This document shows, piece by piece, positions 22,240-34,834 of a stretch of 64,000 nt of DNA. Made by a program: the position numbers and the translations under genes. The stretch is from Octopus vulgaris (lineage: Eukaryota). The stretch spans positions 135,346,001 to 135,410,000 of the forward strand of contig OX597818.1 of assembly GCA_951406725.2 (NCBI GenBank). Reading direction: 5' to 3'. The notes under the pieces are model-generated. The model saw only the letters and a program-made list of their open reading frames with translations. It made no database searches and was not told where the DNA came from. Position 1 is the first letter of the stretch, and every line of letters begins with the position of its first letter.

Positions 22240-24867
22240 TTCTAACCCATGTTATGTTTTAGTGAACAGTTGCATTGTAAGGAAGAAATACCTTCAGAAG
22301 AATTGATCTTCTGCAGGGCAATAAATTTGGCAGGACAGTTTATATGAGGTAAGGAAGGCGAGTGAGGAGGGAATACATTATAATTTGACTAAAAGTAAAA
22401 GCTAATTAAATTAAAGATTGTCAGTAATACCAATAACATACAAGACATTCTTCAGCCAAAAGGAGCCAATCAACAAATTAAAACTAAACAAATATAATTT
22501 AATATTTCACCATCTTACAACACATCAAAATAAAATGAAGAGATTTGGGAGAAATGGGGGCCAGGAGGAAGTCAAAATTCCACTTTAGTGATCAGTTTGT
22601 GTCCAATAATTACAGAAGTACAAAGCAAATGATCACCTTTTGTTTGTTAATTAATGAACCACTACGTTTGCAAATTTGATTTTTTTTCTTTTCTTTAAGA
22701 CTGAATGTTTAATGATATAGGGCTCTTAATTTTAGTACAGCATTCATTTTGGAGATCTTGTCAAACTAATATTGTAATATTATCTCAGTATTTTGGAACA
22801 AAGATCTAGCAACATTCTGGTCTGTCTAGTTACATAGGAAACTTATTGCATGCACAAACATGTACACACCCTCTCACATAAAAACTATCACAGATACATA
22901 AAACTAGAGAGTTGGCCATTTGATAATGACTTTGAAATAGACCTGTGGAGATTATATTAACTCCATATTGCAGTTTATATCCATTAACATATTCTGGAAT
23001 GTACACTGTGTGAATACAATGCCCATGGATAATAAACACCATGGATTTTGAAATAAAAAAATTGAAGAACTATTTCTGAGTTGAAGAATGGTTAATTAAT
23101 CCAATTTGGAAACATACACCTTGATTCTACAGCTTTACTTACCATAAATTAAAACAAATTAATGAATGATTTTAGCAATAAGAAAAAGACATTTTGCCTA
23201 AATTGTTGGATTGAAAAAAAAAAAGTAAAATAAATAAAATGGCCCACTGGAATGAGAGAAAGATATTAACTTTTGTTTTGTGAACAAAAAAAGTTTTTCT
23301 AGTTACTAGAATATTTTAGTAACCATTTTTGATACAACTGAGGTTAAATCTAAATTTTCTTAGCAGTCAAGAATAATTTGAAAAATCTGACAGGAATAGA
23401 GCATCAGAACCAAAAATCTTTATGAGAAGTTTTTGATTAAAAACTAATGAATTTCAATGATTCCTTTAAAACAAAGACCAGATGGTAGCAAACTGAGAAG
23501 AAAGGCACCAAAAAGAAAGAAAGTAAGACTACAGCTAAAGTTAAAACAGGGAAAAAAATAATTGCTGTCGTTATCTGAAAATATTGTACGAGAGAGTTTT
23601 CAGTGAAATAAAGAGAGAAATCTTCAACTTTGCTAAACAAAGAAGAAGAAGCATTTAAAAGTGAGAGAATTCTATTTTACAGATCTTTGATGTTGCAGTT
23701 ATTAAGGAAGACCAGCTGAAGGATCAAATAATACAGACATCTCCTTTGGATAAAATAGAATTTCATGAATATATTAAAAACTAAAATAATGATATTGGAT
23801 AAAGAGAAAGAAATTGAAAAATATATTTCACAAGTGACTAAAGTTGGTAGTAAAGGTTATTATTACTTAAATGTATAACTTCTACATAATCAGTGAATAA
23901 AAGAAAAACAAAAAACAGTACTCTGATCATTAGATTAAGAATATATAAGGTAAGAATTGAAAAGTCTCAGAGGCAGCTGAAATAAGTGGTACTAATGGGA
24001 AAATAATGGTGAAAAAACTCTTTAAAAATTACATTGCTTACTGACCAACATATATAGAGAGGCTGGAGAATCCGATTACTTTTTTAAACTAGAAATACTT
24101 TTTGGTTTCTTACAAGCAAATATTCTAACCCTTAGATGAAAAAGGCGAAAAGAAAAAGAAAAATGAAGAAATAGAAACTGCTTTTTAAAAAATGAACGAA
24201 ATACTTTGTGTTTATTGAAAAAATTAAGTTAAGGCTGCTAAAACTCCATTATTTGTGTCTTGTTGGTTGCTGGGACAGCCACAACGAGAGGGCCCTGGTC
24301 ATTCTTCTATCAATTGTTGCAGCTTTTACATTTCAATGCAGAATATGATGCGAAAGCATCCCTTCCCAGGTTTTTTTTTTCAGTTGCTAACTAGGCACGC
24401 TGAAGAAATATAATCTGATTTACACAGGTGTTATGTCAGGATTTGTCTTTGGTTACCATCCACAAGAGAGGTACTTATAACTATTACGAGAAAAAGATTT
24501 CCAGGCTTAAAAAAAAAAAAAAAAAAAAAAAAAAGAAAAGAAAAAAGGAAAAAAAAATCCCTGCTCTGACAGTTTTCTCTTGTGGCCCCCAAATGGGGAG
24601 ATTAGTCTCCTTTTAGCAAGAGTCATTTATATATAATCGGCTGAAGCAAACACAATGTTGGCTCAACATCATTTCACAGAAGAATAGCTTCAGAAGAAGC
24701 TAACTGTATGTACACGAGGATATATATATATATATACACACACATATATATATATATATACACACATACACACACACACAATATATATATATAGGTGTGT
24801 GTATTATGTATTTATTTTATAGAAAGTTTTCTACCAGTGACATGTAGTGGTTCAGTTTGTCATTATT
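20215..24867 (-). other. HAPSTR1: Probable long 3' UTR of the HAPSTR1 homolog (~4.65 kb)
   Basis: Follows the stop codon, is U-rich on the minus strand and has no recognisable SINE/LINE/MITE copies, unlike both flanks. It ends at a poly(A) signal with a GU/U-rich downstream element. Confidence 0.6.
21431..22236. repeat. ~800-bp compound (TA)/(CA) microsatellite with a ~20-30 bp higher-order period
   Basis: Repeated atacacatacgtatatatatatatacatat-type units. This tract explains the long YI/VC pseudo-ORFs. Confidence 0.95.
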
Positions 24868-25058
24868 CTACATTATGCGGCTTTTTTTTCGAGATGGTGA
24901 ATCCATACCATCTGAAGGTGGACTTCTTTTGCGGGAATCAGAATGCCTAGATATTTCATCAAGAATAAATCTGTTCAAATCTTCCATGTTTCTGTTTAAG
25001 GTACCGCCAGTATGAGGTAGATATCCTACACTAATATTTGACATAGCACCATTTAAAC
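24868..25058 (-). CDS. HAPSTR1: HAPSTR1/C16orf72 homolog, last coding exon
   Basis: Acceptor cttcttttccag. Translation (G)LNGAMSNISVG...EDLNRFILDEISRHSDSRKRSPPSDGMDSPSRKKSRIM* matches human GLSGAMASISV...DLNTFISEEMALH...RKR...DSPTHKRNRMI* (basic, NLS-like C-terminus). Stop TAG at 24870-24868; the phase fits the upstream exon. Confidence 0.95.
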
Positions 25059-25129
25059 CTGGAAAAGAAGCAAAAATAGCAATGATTAATGATGCAATGG
25101 AAAACCTAAGAAAACACATTAACGTTTAA

Positions 25130-25349
25130 CCCTTTAGTATTTAAACAGGCCATATCCGGTCCAAATATTCTACCTGCTTTATGTTCTAACTAGTCAGATC
25201 CAACTTTTCACACCTACCCTTCAATGCCATTCTAGAAATATACAATCTCATCATCAAAACTTTATAGCTACAAAATAAAGCATGATTAATTATAAACAAT
25301 GTCAATGAAAAATCATTACATTTGACAAAATAATCTGAATATGAAAGGG
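25130..25349 (+). mobile_element. piggyBac-type MITE
   Basis: TTAA|CCCTTT...AAAGGG|TTAA; same family as 16542-16760. Confidence 0.85.
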
Positions 25350-25744
25350 TTAAACTAGCCCATCAACTAAAGCAAATTTAGAAATCAAATGCTTTAAAAT
25401 TGAATCATCTTGAATTTGTATTAACTGGAAAACCAAAATTGACACAAGATATAATTACCACAAAGAAGCATATGCAATAAAAAAGCAAAAAAAAAAAAAA
25501 ACTTCTACAGGAGACAAAATATAATCCTGTGGATTGGTTACAAATTCAACTAAGCTGAATATCATCAATATGAGCTGAAGTCAATAACTTACACTTCTTT
25601 GATTTTTGATTATGGTCAAAGATGTTTTTTTTTTTTTTGGTTATATGAGTACTGGTAGATGTTTTCCACAATACCAATTGTGTAGGAAAGAATAAGCTAC
25701 AATAAGCTGAAGTCATTTAGAAATTATTATACAGCAGAAGTTAA

Positions 25745-25965
25745 CCCTTTTGATACCAACCCAGCTGAAACCGGCTCTGGCTCTGTAGTACAAATGTCTT
25801 GTTTTCATAAGTTTTGAATTAAAATCTTCCACCAAACCTTAGTCACAATTTATGTTCCTAACACTAGCTGAGTGATAACTAAGTTACTTTACTAAATTCT
25901 TTGTTATATTTAAAGTAACTGAAAGAAACACAGAGCATCTCAAAATAAATACAGTAACAAAAGGG
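25745..25965. mobile_element. Second piggyBac-type MITE family
   Basis: TTAA|CCCTTTTGATAC...GTAACAAAAGGG|TTAA with an unrelated interior. Confidence 0.8.
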
Positions 25966-26273
25966 TTAAAGGTTTTCAATTAGTTGACACCTACAGTAAT
26001 CCCTTGACTATCGTGGATGTTATGTTCCACCCCCACGATAGATGAAAAGTAGAAAAAATACTGTACTGTATATATTTTTCGTATTTTTATAATTTGTATA
26101 TATTTGTTATTATAAATGCAAAACAATATCACAAAGGAATTGACATAAGTTTAAATAATAAACCATGATAGATTTGGTGAGAGATTACTGTATTTCAATT
26201 ATGATTTTAGTTTCAGTAGCTAATACACATTCCAAAAATTCTATCATCAATGACATAATAAAGTCAAAATATT

Positions 26274-26654
26274 GCAGGAGTGGCTGTGTGGTAAGTAGCT
26301 TGCTAACCAACCACATGGTTCCGGGTTCAGTCCCACTGCGTGGCATCTTGGGCAAGTGTCTTCTGCTATAGCCCCGGGCCGACCAATGCCTTGTGAGTGG
26401 ATTTGGTAGACGGAAACTGAAAGAAGCCTGTCGTATATATGTATATATATGTATGTGTGTCTGTGTTTGTCCCCCTGGCATTGCTTGACAACCGATGCTG
26501 GTGTGTTTACGTCCCCGTCACTTAGCGGTTCGGCAAAAGAGACCGATAGAATAAGTACTGGGCTTACAAAGAATAAGTCCCGGAGTCGATTTGCTCGACT
26601 AAAGGCGGTGCTCCAGCATGGCCACAGTCAAATGACTGAAACAAGTAAAAGAGT
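26274..26654 (+). mobile_element. SINE family A (in the last HAPSTR1 intron)
   Basis: Full-length, colinear with the other family A copies. Confidence 0.9.
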
Positions 26655-27133
26655 AGGAGTAGAGCTGCTAATGTAGCTTACTCATTCAGAAAACTGATGA
26701 GCTGTTGAAACTACAAATACTTTTATGCAATCTTGGTGCTAAATTCAGATGTCCAACATGTGGCATGCTAGCTATAGAAATATCTCACATGTTCAAATGG
26801 TGGATATCTCAGCTTTGGATACAGAAATTTCCTGCAATATGATATCAAGTGCTCTATGTGCAATCATATTTCTCAAAAACTTTGTGTATGCCGCTTAAGT
26901 ACCTAGAATGTTATACTAGTCAATGCATATAGCAAGTGTGGGTTAATACTAACACTATAACATCTACTACAAAACTAGGTATACCTCAATTCATACATTT
27001 TTATGGAGCAAAATCAAAGACTGATGGCAAAAGATCTCATAATTAGATCTCTGGGGCAGCTAAACTACAAATTACAGCTATTTAAATGAAAGAATAATTT
27101 CAAAAGAATCTTTGTTAAGAGAGAAGTACTCAC

Positions 27134-27436
27134 CTTGCAAGGCCAATGCATCACTAAAAGCTTGCAATTCAGTATCTGTGTCTGGTTCTAAATCCCTTCC
27201 ACCACAGTGAGATAACCTTTGAGAGGGCCTGTCTTTAGTCATCCAAGTACCACTTTTGCCAGTAGATGCTCCTCGGTTACGCAATGGTGGATTCTTGCCA
27301 CAAAGAAAAGCAAGAAGCTCTTCTCTACGTATATGACGTCGTTTCTTTTTGGCCCAGGCAATAATATCTTTTGTTCTGTGTTGTTTACCACACTGCACAC
27401 CAACATCAATACAGCCTCGTAATGTATCTATACTAT
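27134..27436 (-). CDS. HAPSTR1: HAPSTR1/C16orf72 homolog, internal coding exon (probably exon 3), 303 nt, phase 1-1
   Basis: Acceptor tttatttcag and donor gtgagt. Translation DSIDTLRGCIDVGVQCGKQHRTKDIIAWAKKKRRHIRREELLAFLCGKNPP...DTELQAFSDALALQG matches the family motifs KDVLAWVKKRRRTIRREDLISFLCGKVPP and ETDLQPFREAIALHG. Confidence 0.95.
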
Positions 27437-28465
27437 CTGAAATAAATAATTTATGAAACAATGGTAATACATACTTGCTAGACTGTATTTATACTACAGG
27501 AGCTATTTCATTGAGTTAGTAAACAATACAAAAGGAAAAAAAAACATCACTAATCCTCTCTCTCTTTCGGAGAGGCACTGAGCAGCTATACGCACACATA
27601 CACACACGGCAGTAACTTCCACCTACCGAATTCAATCACAAAGCTCTAATAAACTATTTAAAAGGTAAAAAATAGATATTTAGGAATTTCATTGGACAAA
27701 ATTCTGCATTTCAATATAAACTGATAGAAAATTATAAATTATTGCCAGAAGACACTAAAATGAAGAAATGCAAACCTTTCTTGTTGAAATTACAAAATAT
27801 AGCTGTTTAAACTAGCAACGGGCTACAAAAGTAAAATATCATGCGAGATGTACAAGTTTTTTCTTGTTAGGTTATTCAAATAAGAACTTTAGTGACAGCA
27901 ACTAAAAATGAAGAAAACCAGAATAAGACCATTAGCAGCAGCACTTAGTGGATTAATAAACACAAAGTAAATTATGGTCTACAGAATCAATTAAAAAAGC
28001 CTAATTATAGAATAGCTCTAAACAGAAACAACATCACTGAGTAGAAATTGAATTTGTTACGTAATCAATATATATTTTTGTGAATGGCTGAGGAGAGACA
28101 CAGTGATGAGAAAGTTGGAACGAGCAATTTTGATATTTCAAATCTTTAGACAACTGTATTTAGTAATGTTGGTGGACTATCTTATTGCTTCAACAAATGA
28201 AGGTCCAGCATGATACAGCTGAAAAATATCAACCATCGCATTATGGCTGATTGTATGCAGGGTCAAAGCTAGAGATTTCCAGTATTTGTCCCAGCTGTCT
28301 CTTTCGCTATTGCCACTGGACTTAGGAAGAAAATGTGACAGCATTGGTGTTTTGGTTTGCTGATTAATCTGCTCAATGAATATCATGATAGTGGGCATGG
28401 TTTGTGCAGAGCCAGTCTCACAAGCCCAGGATTTGCAGGATTTGTATGGAGCTACCTTCTCTTAA

Positions 28466-28684
28466 CCCTTTAGTATTTAAACCAGCCATATCCGGCCAAA
28501 ATAGTTAATCTGTTCTATGTTCAAACTGACCAGATCCAGGCTCTCACACCTACCCTACAATGTTATTCTACATCAAGTAATTACACCATCAAGATCTTGA
28601 AGATATGAGATAATGCATGATTAATTCAAATCAATGGGAATCAATAGGCATTATGCTTGATGGAATAATCTGAACACTAAAGGG
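28466..28684 (+). mobile_element. piggyBac-type MITE
   Basis: TTAA TSD and CCCTTTAGT/ACTAAAGGG termini. Confidence 0.9.
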
Positions 28685-29311
28685 TTAAATGGGCACCTAA
28701 AGAGCTGCATCTACCCTAGGTTCATTGGGGTGAGTAACCTGCTTCTAAAGGCAATGTCATGACAAGCTAAGTAACCTGCAGTTGAAACCCAGACAGGTGC
28801 TACTACTCTAGTTAGAGTAGATCTGTGATCAAAAGTGGCTAAGAGGTAGTGCCACACTCCTCAAAACCCTAGATTTCTTGAACCAGGCTTCATTGGTAGA
28901 TGCAGTAATGATAAAAACAGTAATGTTAGCTTCAACTGATTCCTATTATAGCAAAGACAATGTTGGTCTTCCCTATGAAAACTCCTTTTTTTTTTTAGAT
29001 AGTAAATTGCATTCATGCAGTCAATTTTAATTAATGTGGTCTTTCTGAAACTCTAATGAAAATTATATTTTTTATAACACCAGATTTAAAAAATAAATGT
29101 CAACTACAAATGTCTATTATTTGTAAAGAAAAAAACCCTTTAAAATGAATTCAATACTATCTTTGTTTTACAGCCATTTTCCCAGGATTGCATAGGTTGG
29201 ATGAACCATGACAATTGTTGCAGTTCTTTATTATCTCTATTGTGCGGTTCAACATCCTTAGATCAGGCTTTACAAAGTCTTCTCCGTCCACTTAGATCAA
29301 CTAGCATACCT

Positions 29312-29592
29312 ATTTCTTTATTACCCACAAGGGGCTAAACACAGAGGGGACAAACAAGGACAGACATAGGTATTAAGTCGATTACATCGACCCCAGTGCG
29401 TAACTGGTACTTAATTTATCAACCCCGAAAGGATGAAAGGCAAAGTCGACCTAGGTGGAATTTGAACTCAGAACGTAACGACAGGCGAAATACCGCTAAG
29501 CCTTTCGCCCGAGGTGCTAACGTCTCTGCCAGCTCGCCGCCTTCTAGGTGCTAACGTCTCTGCCAGCTCGCTGTATGCTAGTTGATCTAGCA
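29312..29592 (-). mobile_element. SINE family B with 19-bp TSD and complex 5' junction
   Basis: TSD tagatcaactagcatacct at 29293-29311 and 29593-29611. Confidence 0.9.
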
Positions 29593-30600
29593 TAGATCAA
29601 CTAGCATACCTTTACCCACCTGTCATTTTCCACACACATCACATCTGTATCAGTGCAGTTTTCTACTCTACTTTCTATCCAGTTATTCTATTACTTTATT
29701 TGTCCCCTGATGTTCCATACGCTAATATTATATACCCATTAGTAGAGCATGCTCACCTCCTTTAATTTTTTGAATTCTCTACATATATTCATCTTTTAGG
29801 ACATATTTACATCATTTTAACATCCAAATTTCCATGTTCCCGTCGCTTATCATCACCTGTTTTACCTCATAGTCAGAATCTTTCCACACAACATTGGAAA
29901 TGAAGAACACTGCTTACATGGTGGTGACACTCATTTACAGCATACAATGTCAAGGCAACAAAACAGTTGCGCGTGCACACACGCAAACAGGTTTTTAAGT
30001 ACCAAACCTACTCACAAGACTTTGGTCAGCTCAAAGCTATAGAAGACGCTTGCCCAAGGTTCCATGCAGTGGGACTGAACCCAGAACCATGTGATTGGGA
30101 AGCAAATTTCTTACCACACAGTCATGCCTGTGCCTATTTCAGATATCAAAGAAAATTAATGATCTTTCTTTCATTACCATTAAGTCTCTTGGTGAAATCA
30201 TTCACCTGGGTAGTATTGTAGTATCTGCCAAAATTATCTGGAAACCAGTCAAGATAAGATTATTCAAAGAACATTTTCTTTCCACACTCTTCCAACAGCC
30301 AAGTTGATAAAAGCTGTCAATTCTCTATTTGGTATTTCAAATTGAGAACTTTTAAACACCAAAAAGTTTCAAACAAGTTGAGGTTCATAACTCAACTCTA
30401 AAATTACTGTTCTTAAAATCTTTCATCTATACCAGAGAGCTTTTTATAGCTGGAGAAGGTTACAGATTTTTCATTTTACAAAATATGAAAGAACCAGATT
30501 TCAGATACATCTTTGAAAAATTCCAGAAATAATCCACAAGAATCTGCTCATGAGGTTTCATTTGCAGCAAATAAGCCTCTAAAAATATGTGTACAGTCAT

Positions 30601-30813
30601 ACTCTTTACTCTTTTACTTGTTTCAGTCATTTGACTGCAGCCATGCTGGAGCACCACCTTTAATTGAGCAACTCGACCCCGGGACTTATTCTTTTGTAAG
30701 CCCAGTACTTATTCTATCGGTCTCTTTTGCCAAACCGCTAAGTAACGGGGACATAAACACACCAGCATCTGTTGTCAAGCAATGCTAGGGAGACAAACAG
30801 ACACACACACACA

Positions 30814-30857
<44 letters not shown>

Positions 30858-31018
30858 ACAGGCTTCTTTCAGTTTCCGTCTACCAAATCCACTCACAAGG
30901 CATTGGTCGGCCCGGGGCTATAGCAGAAGACACTTGCCCAAGATGCCACGCAGTGGGACTGAACCCGGAGCCATGTGGTTGGTTAGCAAGCTACTTACCA
31001 CACAGCCACTCCTGCGCC
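30601..31018 (-). mobile_element. SINE family A
   Basis: Full-length reverse complement of family A. Confidence 0.9.
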
Positions 31019-31330
31019 TATGTATATATTTAGTTCAGTTCAGTATTATACATTGTGATAAGTAAATGTGAATATATAAGATTGAACTGTGTTCCATCAG
31101 AAGAAACATTTTCTCACACTGGTAAAGTTTTAATAACATTATTTGTCTGGTTAAAAATTAATGGCCATTGGATGTAAAAGTAGTTTTATGCTATTTGTGG
31201 GTTGTCTGCAATTCTACTTAATTTCCATCACCACCACACTCATTGTTTTGTCTGCTTTCCTTGCAAGTAATGGTTTGACAGGTTGCTACAATCCAGTTCG
31301 GCTCCTAAGAAACAAACATTTCCCTTACCA

Positions 31331-31726
31331 GATGCCAGGACCCCTGGACTGGAGATACGTAAAAAGCACTATCCGAATCGTGGCCGATGCCAGCGCCGCC
31401 TCGACTGGCTTCCGTGTCGGTGGCACGTAAAAAGCACCATCCGAATCGTGGCCGAAGCCAGTGCCGCCTCAACTGGCTTCCGTGCAGGTGGCACGTAAAA
31501 TGCACCAATCCGACCGTGGCCGATGCCAGCCTCGCCTGGCACCAGTGCAGGTAGCACGTAAAAAGCACCCACTACACTCACGGAGTGGTTGGCGTTAGGA
31601 AGGGCATCCAGCTGTAGAAACATTGCCAGATAAGACGGGAGCCTGGTGCAGCCTTCTGGCTTCCCAGATCCCCGGTCGAACCCATGCTAGCATGGAGAAT
31701 GGACGTTAAACGATGATGATGATGAT
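31331..31726 (+). mobile_element. Family C LINE tail with 4 repeat units
   Basis: CGTAAAAAGCAC units, conserved tail and (GAT)n. Confidence 0.85.
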
Positions 31727-32734
31727 GGTCTTTATTCTTTGGAGAAGTAACTCTCTATGAAGTTCTCAATTGATAAAACTTAAAATAGGACAGTGAAAAC
31801 GTGTCTACATTACTTTATCAATCAATCCTTTTTTTGTCATCTTTTTAACAAACTGAACACAGTTTTCATAAAATCAGTATTTCTGAAAATAATTTGGTTT
31901 GAATCAATTTCAGAGAAAGTTACATATGCCATCAATAAGAAAAGAAATTTAGTTTTAATTACAAGGTCATTCAAACTAGATATAACCAACATGTATTCAG
32001 TTAATTATTCAGAAAAATATTGTCAGAATTTTGTGTCATTCTTGATATATACAAAAACCTTGTATAGTAATGAAAAATTATAATTACCAAATGACTATAA
32101 ATATCCAATTGCTGTAACTAATGTCAAGTGATACAGTTTTAGCTTACAACATTTAAAATACATTTTATAAGGATTTCTCTTTGGAATAATACTGAAAATC
32201 CAGACATTCATATAAATCAACTTATAGATAGATGACTTTCCTAAAGTTAACATCTAAATGATTTTTACATCTATTAAGTCATTAATATAGTACCATAATT
32301 GTAGTGTTTGAATTCATAATGCTTAGATTAACTATGCTCACTATCTACTTGTTAAACAGCACTGGAGCAGTTATTCACATTAATTTTAAATATGGCATAA
32401 AACAAATCAAACACTTTTAACTCTGTAATATAATTAGCATTTTTACATAAGACAAAATTGTTTTTTTTTTTTCAAAAATCATTAAAGCAATGAAATAACC
32501 GAAAAAATTGTAAAAAGAAACAAAAAAACAATTCTTCAAAATTTCATTTCTGTAATTAATGTGATGTTTTATTCATCGTTGTTTCCTAATTTGAAAACTT
32601 TTTTATTGAAGAAAGCAATAATATTTAATATTAACTTTGCATAAATTTAAGATCTGCTAAACTAACCTCACCACTACTGAAAAATATTCAGTTAATTTTA
32701 AGATTAAATCCAACCAATGAAACACGAAACATAC

Positions 32735-32806
32735 CTTTGTACATATCAGTAACTGCTGTAGCTGCATTTCGAAATGGACCCCATAAAGAACGGCCTTGGT
32801 GTCGAT
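32735..32806 (-). CDS. HAPSTR1: HAPSTR1/C16orf72 homolog, internal coding exon (probably exon 2), 72 nt, phase 1-1
   Basis: Minus strand reads tttttttgtcag|ATCGACAC...TACAAAG|gtatgt. It translates (D)RHQGRSLWGPFRNAATAVTDMYK(D), matching the human C16orf72 motif DR...LSLWVPFQNAATAVTNLYKE as I recall it. Too short for the ORF track. Confidence 0.93.
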
Positions 32807-33677
32807 CTGACAAAAAAAATAAAATAAATAAAATAAACATAAGCTGTCAAATATAACTTTAAATTAAAAAAAAGGATACAGATTAAAAAATAATAAAGCT
32901 AAATTTAATGAATTAGCTCAAGTGGTATCTCGGACTTCCATATGTCATGCTCACTCACCAGTAAATTTCACATCTTTCTTTAGTACCTCCATATACTTTC
33001 CTTTCAATGTCCATATTTTAACTTCTATAGCACCAGCGAGCTGACAGAGTGCCCAACAGCTCGGACAGTAACTAGTCAGCCAGCCTCATTCTTCTGATTG
33101 CTATTTTCTCATCCCACTCTGGTAACCCCCTATACAATATTCTAGTTGCTGATAAGCAGCATTTCAAGTGTAGCCTCCATCCAGTGACTTCTGCATTCAC
33201 AACCACACAGCAGAACAGATTGTACAGTCACATAGAAGCTGAGCTTGCTATGCTAGGGGACTTTGGAATTCTATACACTACCATGCTGTCCAGAGCCTCC
33301 TGTGCAAGCACCTTCTATGCTCTTACAAGTTGATCGATCCACAAGCTTGGGTATTTGAAGACTGACTTTGCTCAGCGCAGTCTCTCCTGTTACCATCAGA
33401 TGGAGATGGTCTAGGAGGGATATTATTGATGATGATCCTATTTACATGGAATGTAACCAAAGACATACCTTGGCACAATCAATGCTCTCAAAGTAACACA
33501 TCATCTCCAAAGTAAGTATGTTTATAAATCTAAGAAAAAGACATTCAAAAAGCAGTTGAGCCTAGTTTTGTATTGTGTGAACATATAACTAGTTATTGTT
33601 GAGGCGGTAATATTAACTATGAGTTATCTGAGACTGATACCAACTTAAGATAACTAAGTTTTAACCTTTCATTTTAA

Positions 33678-34145
33678 CCCTTTAGCATTTAAACTTCTCA
33701 GTCAAGTGTAATGCTTATTCACTCATATTGTTTTGAATTAATCATGCATTATTTTGTAGTGATTGTTTATTTTTAGAATGACATTGTAAGGTAGATGCAA
33801 GAGGTTGAATCTGGTCAGCTTAAATGCTACATGGTTAATTAACCCTTCCATGAAAAATTATACAAATTTCCATACAAAAAACATCTTATAAGTCTTCCTT
33901 TTAAAATTTAAATATGAACTTTAACCCTTTAGCATTTAAACCGGCCATATCCGGCCAAAAGTATTCTGCCTGTTTTATGCTCAAACTGGCCACGTCTGGC
34001 CTCTCACACCAGCCCTACAATGTCGTTTTAAAAATTAACAGCTACCACATCAAAATTTCATAGCTACAAGATAATGCATGATTAGTTCAAAACAAAGTGG
34101 ATGAAAAAGCATTAATTTTGGTAGAATAATACAAACACTAAAGGG
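33678..34145. mobile_element. Two piggyBac-type MITEs (deleted inverted copy 33678-33834; full copy 33925-34145)
   Basis: TTAA|CCCTTTAGCATTTAAA termini and the family interior. Confidence 0.75.
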
Positions 34146-34344
34146 TTAAATCTTACAAAGACACACTGATGAGACTATATGTGGAAAATAATAAACTTTA
34201 ATCTCATGAAGAAACCTGTATCAATGAGAGACAATACAGCAATTAAGTAAGGGAAATACTGCTTTATGAATCGGTAGACTCATATACAACATAGCAATGA
34301 GAACACAGACAAAAACTTCAATGTCTTGCAAACAACTTGCACAT

Positions 34345-34790
34345 GCAAGCGCTACCAGTCAATAACTCTGCATACCGGAAGCCAGCAAGTGTACGGGGTC
34401 ACCAAGAGAGAATGCGTGCCGTTTCAGGGCCTAACTCTCAACAACATCAATACGCACCGGCCCCCACTCACTGATAGGAGGCCCTGCTTGCTAGATCAAC
34501 TGGTTATTAAATATAGCTCGATATCTCTCTAGCCATCGCTCATCGTCTCTTTTTAACCAAATCCAGTGGCTAGCCTTCTCCACTGTGGTTTGGATATCAG
34601 TCATGGTGGTATTTACCTTACGATGAGTTAGGCCTAATGATAACAGTTGTCTCACACTCTACATCCGACTTCGATTGGAAAATGCTCCGCTTTCCAGCCT
34701 GCATCTTCACATTCCTCGAGGAGGTTTACATAACGGTCAATCTTTCAAGCCCAAGCAGCGTCCATATTATCTTCATGAGGAAATTGAACA
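34345..34790 (-). mobile_element. HERO-like REL non-LTR retrotransposon 3' fragment
   Basis: Minus strand FPHEDNMDAAWA*KIDRYVNLLEECEDAGWKAEHFPIEVGCR...LGLTHRKVNTTMTDIQTTVEKASHWIWLKRDDERW, which fits the REL C-terminus (P.EVGCRG; AEKASRWLWIKR) typical of HERO-type elements. Confidence 0.75.
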
Positions 34791-34834
34791 TGTTATAATA
34801 ATTCTTTTATACTATTCATATATATATATATATA

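Noticed and set aside
33030-33420. GC-richer patch faintly resembling a Gypsy pol fragment
   Set aside because: No unambiguous RT, RNase H or integrase motif can be read.
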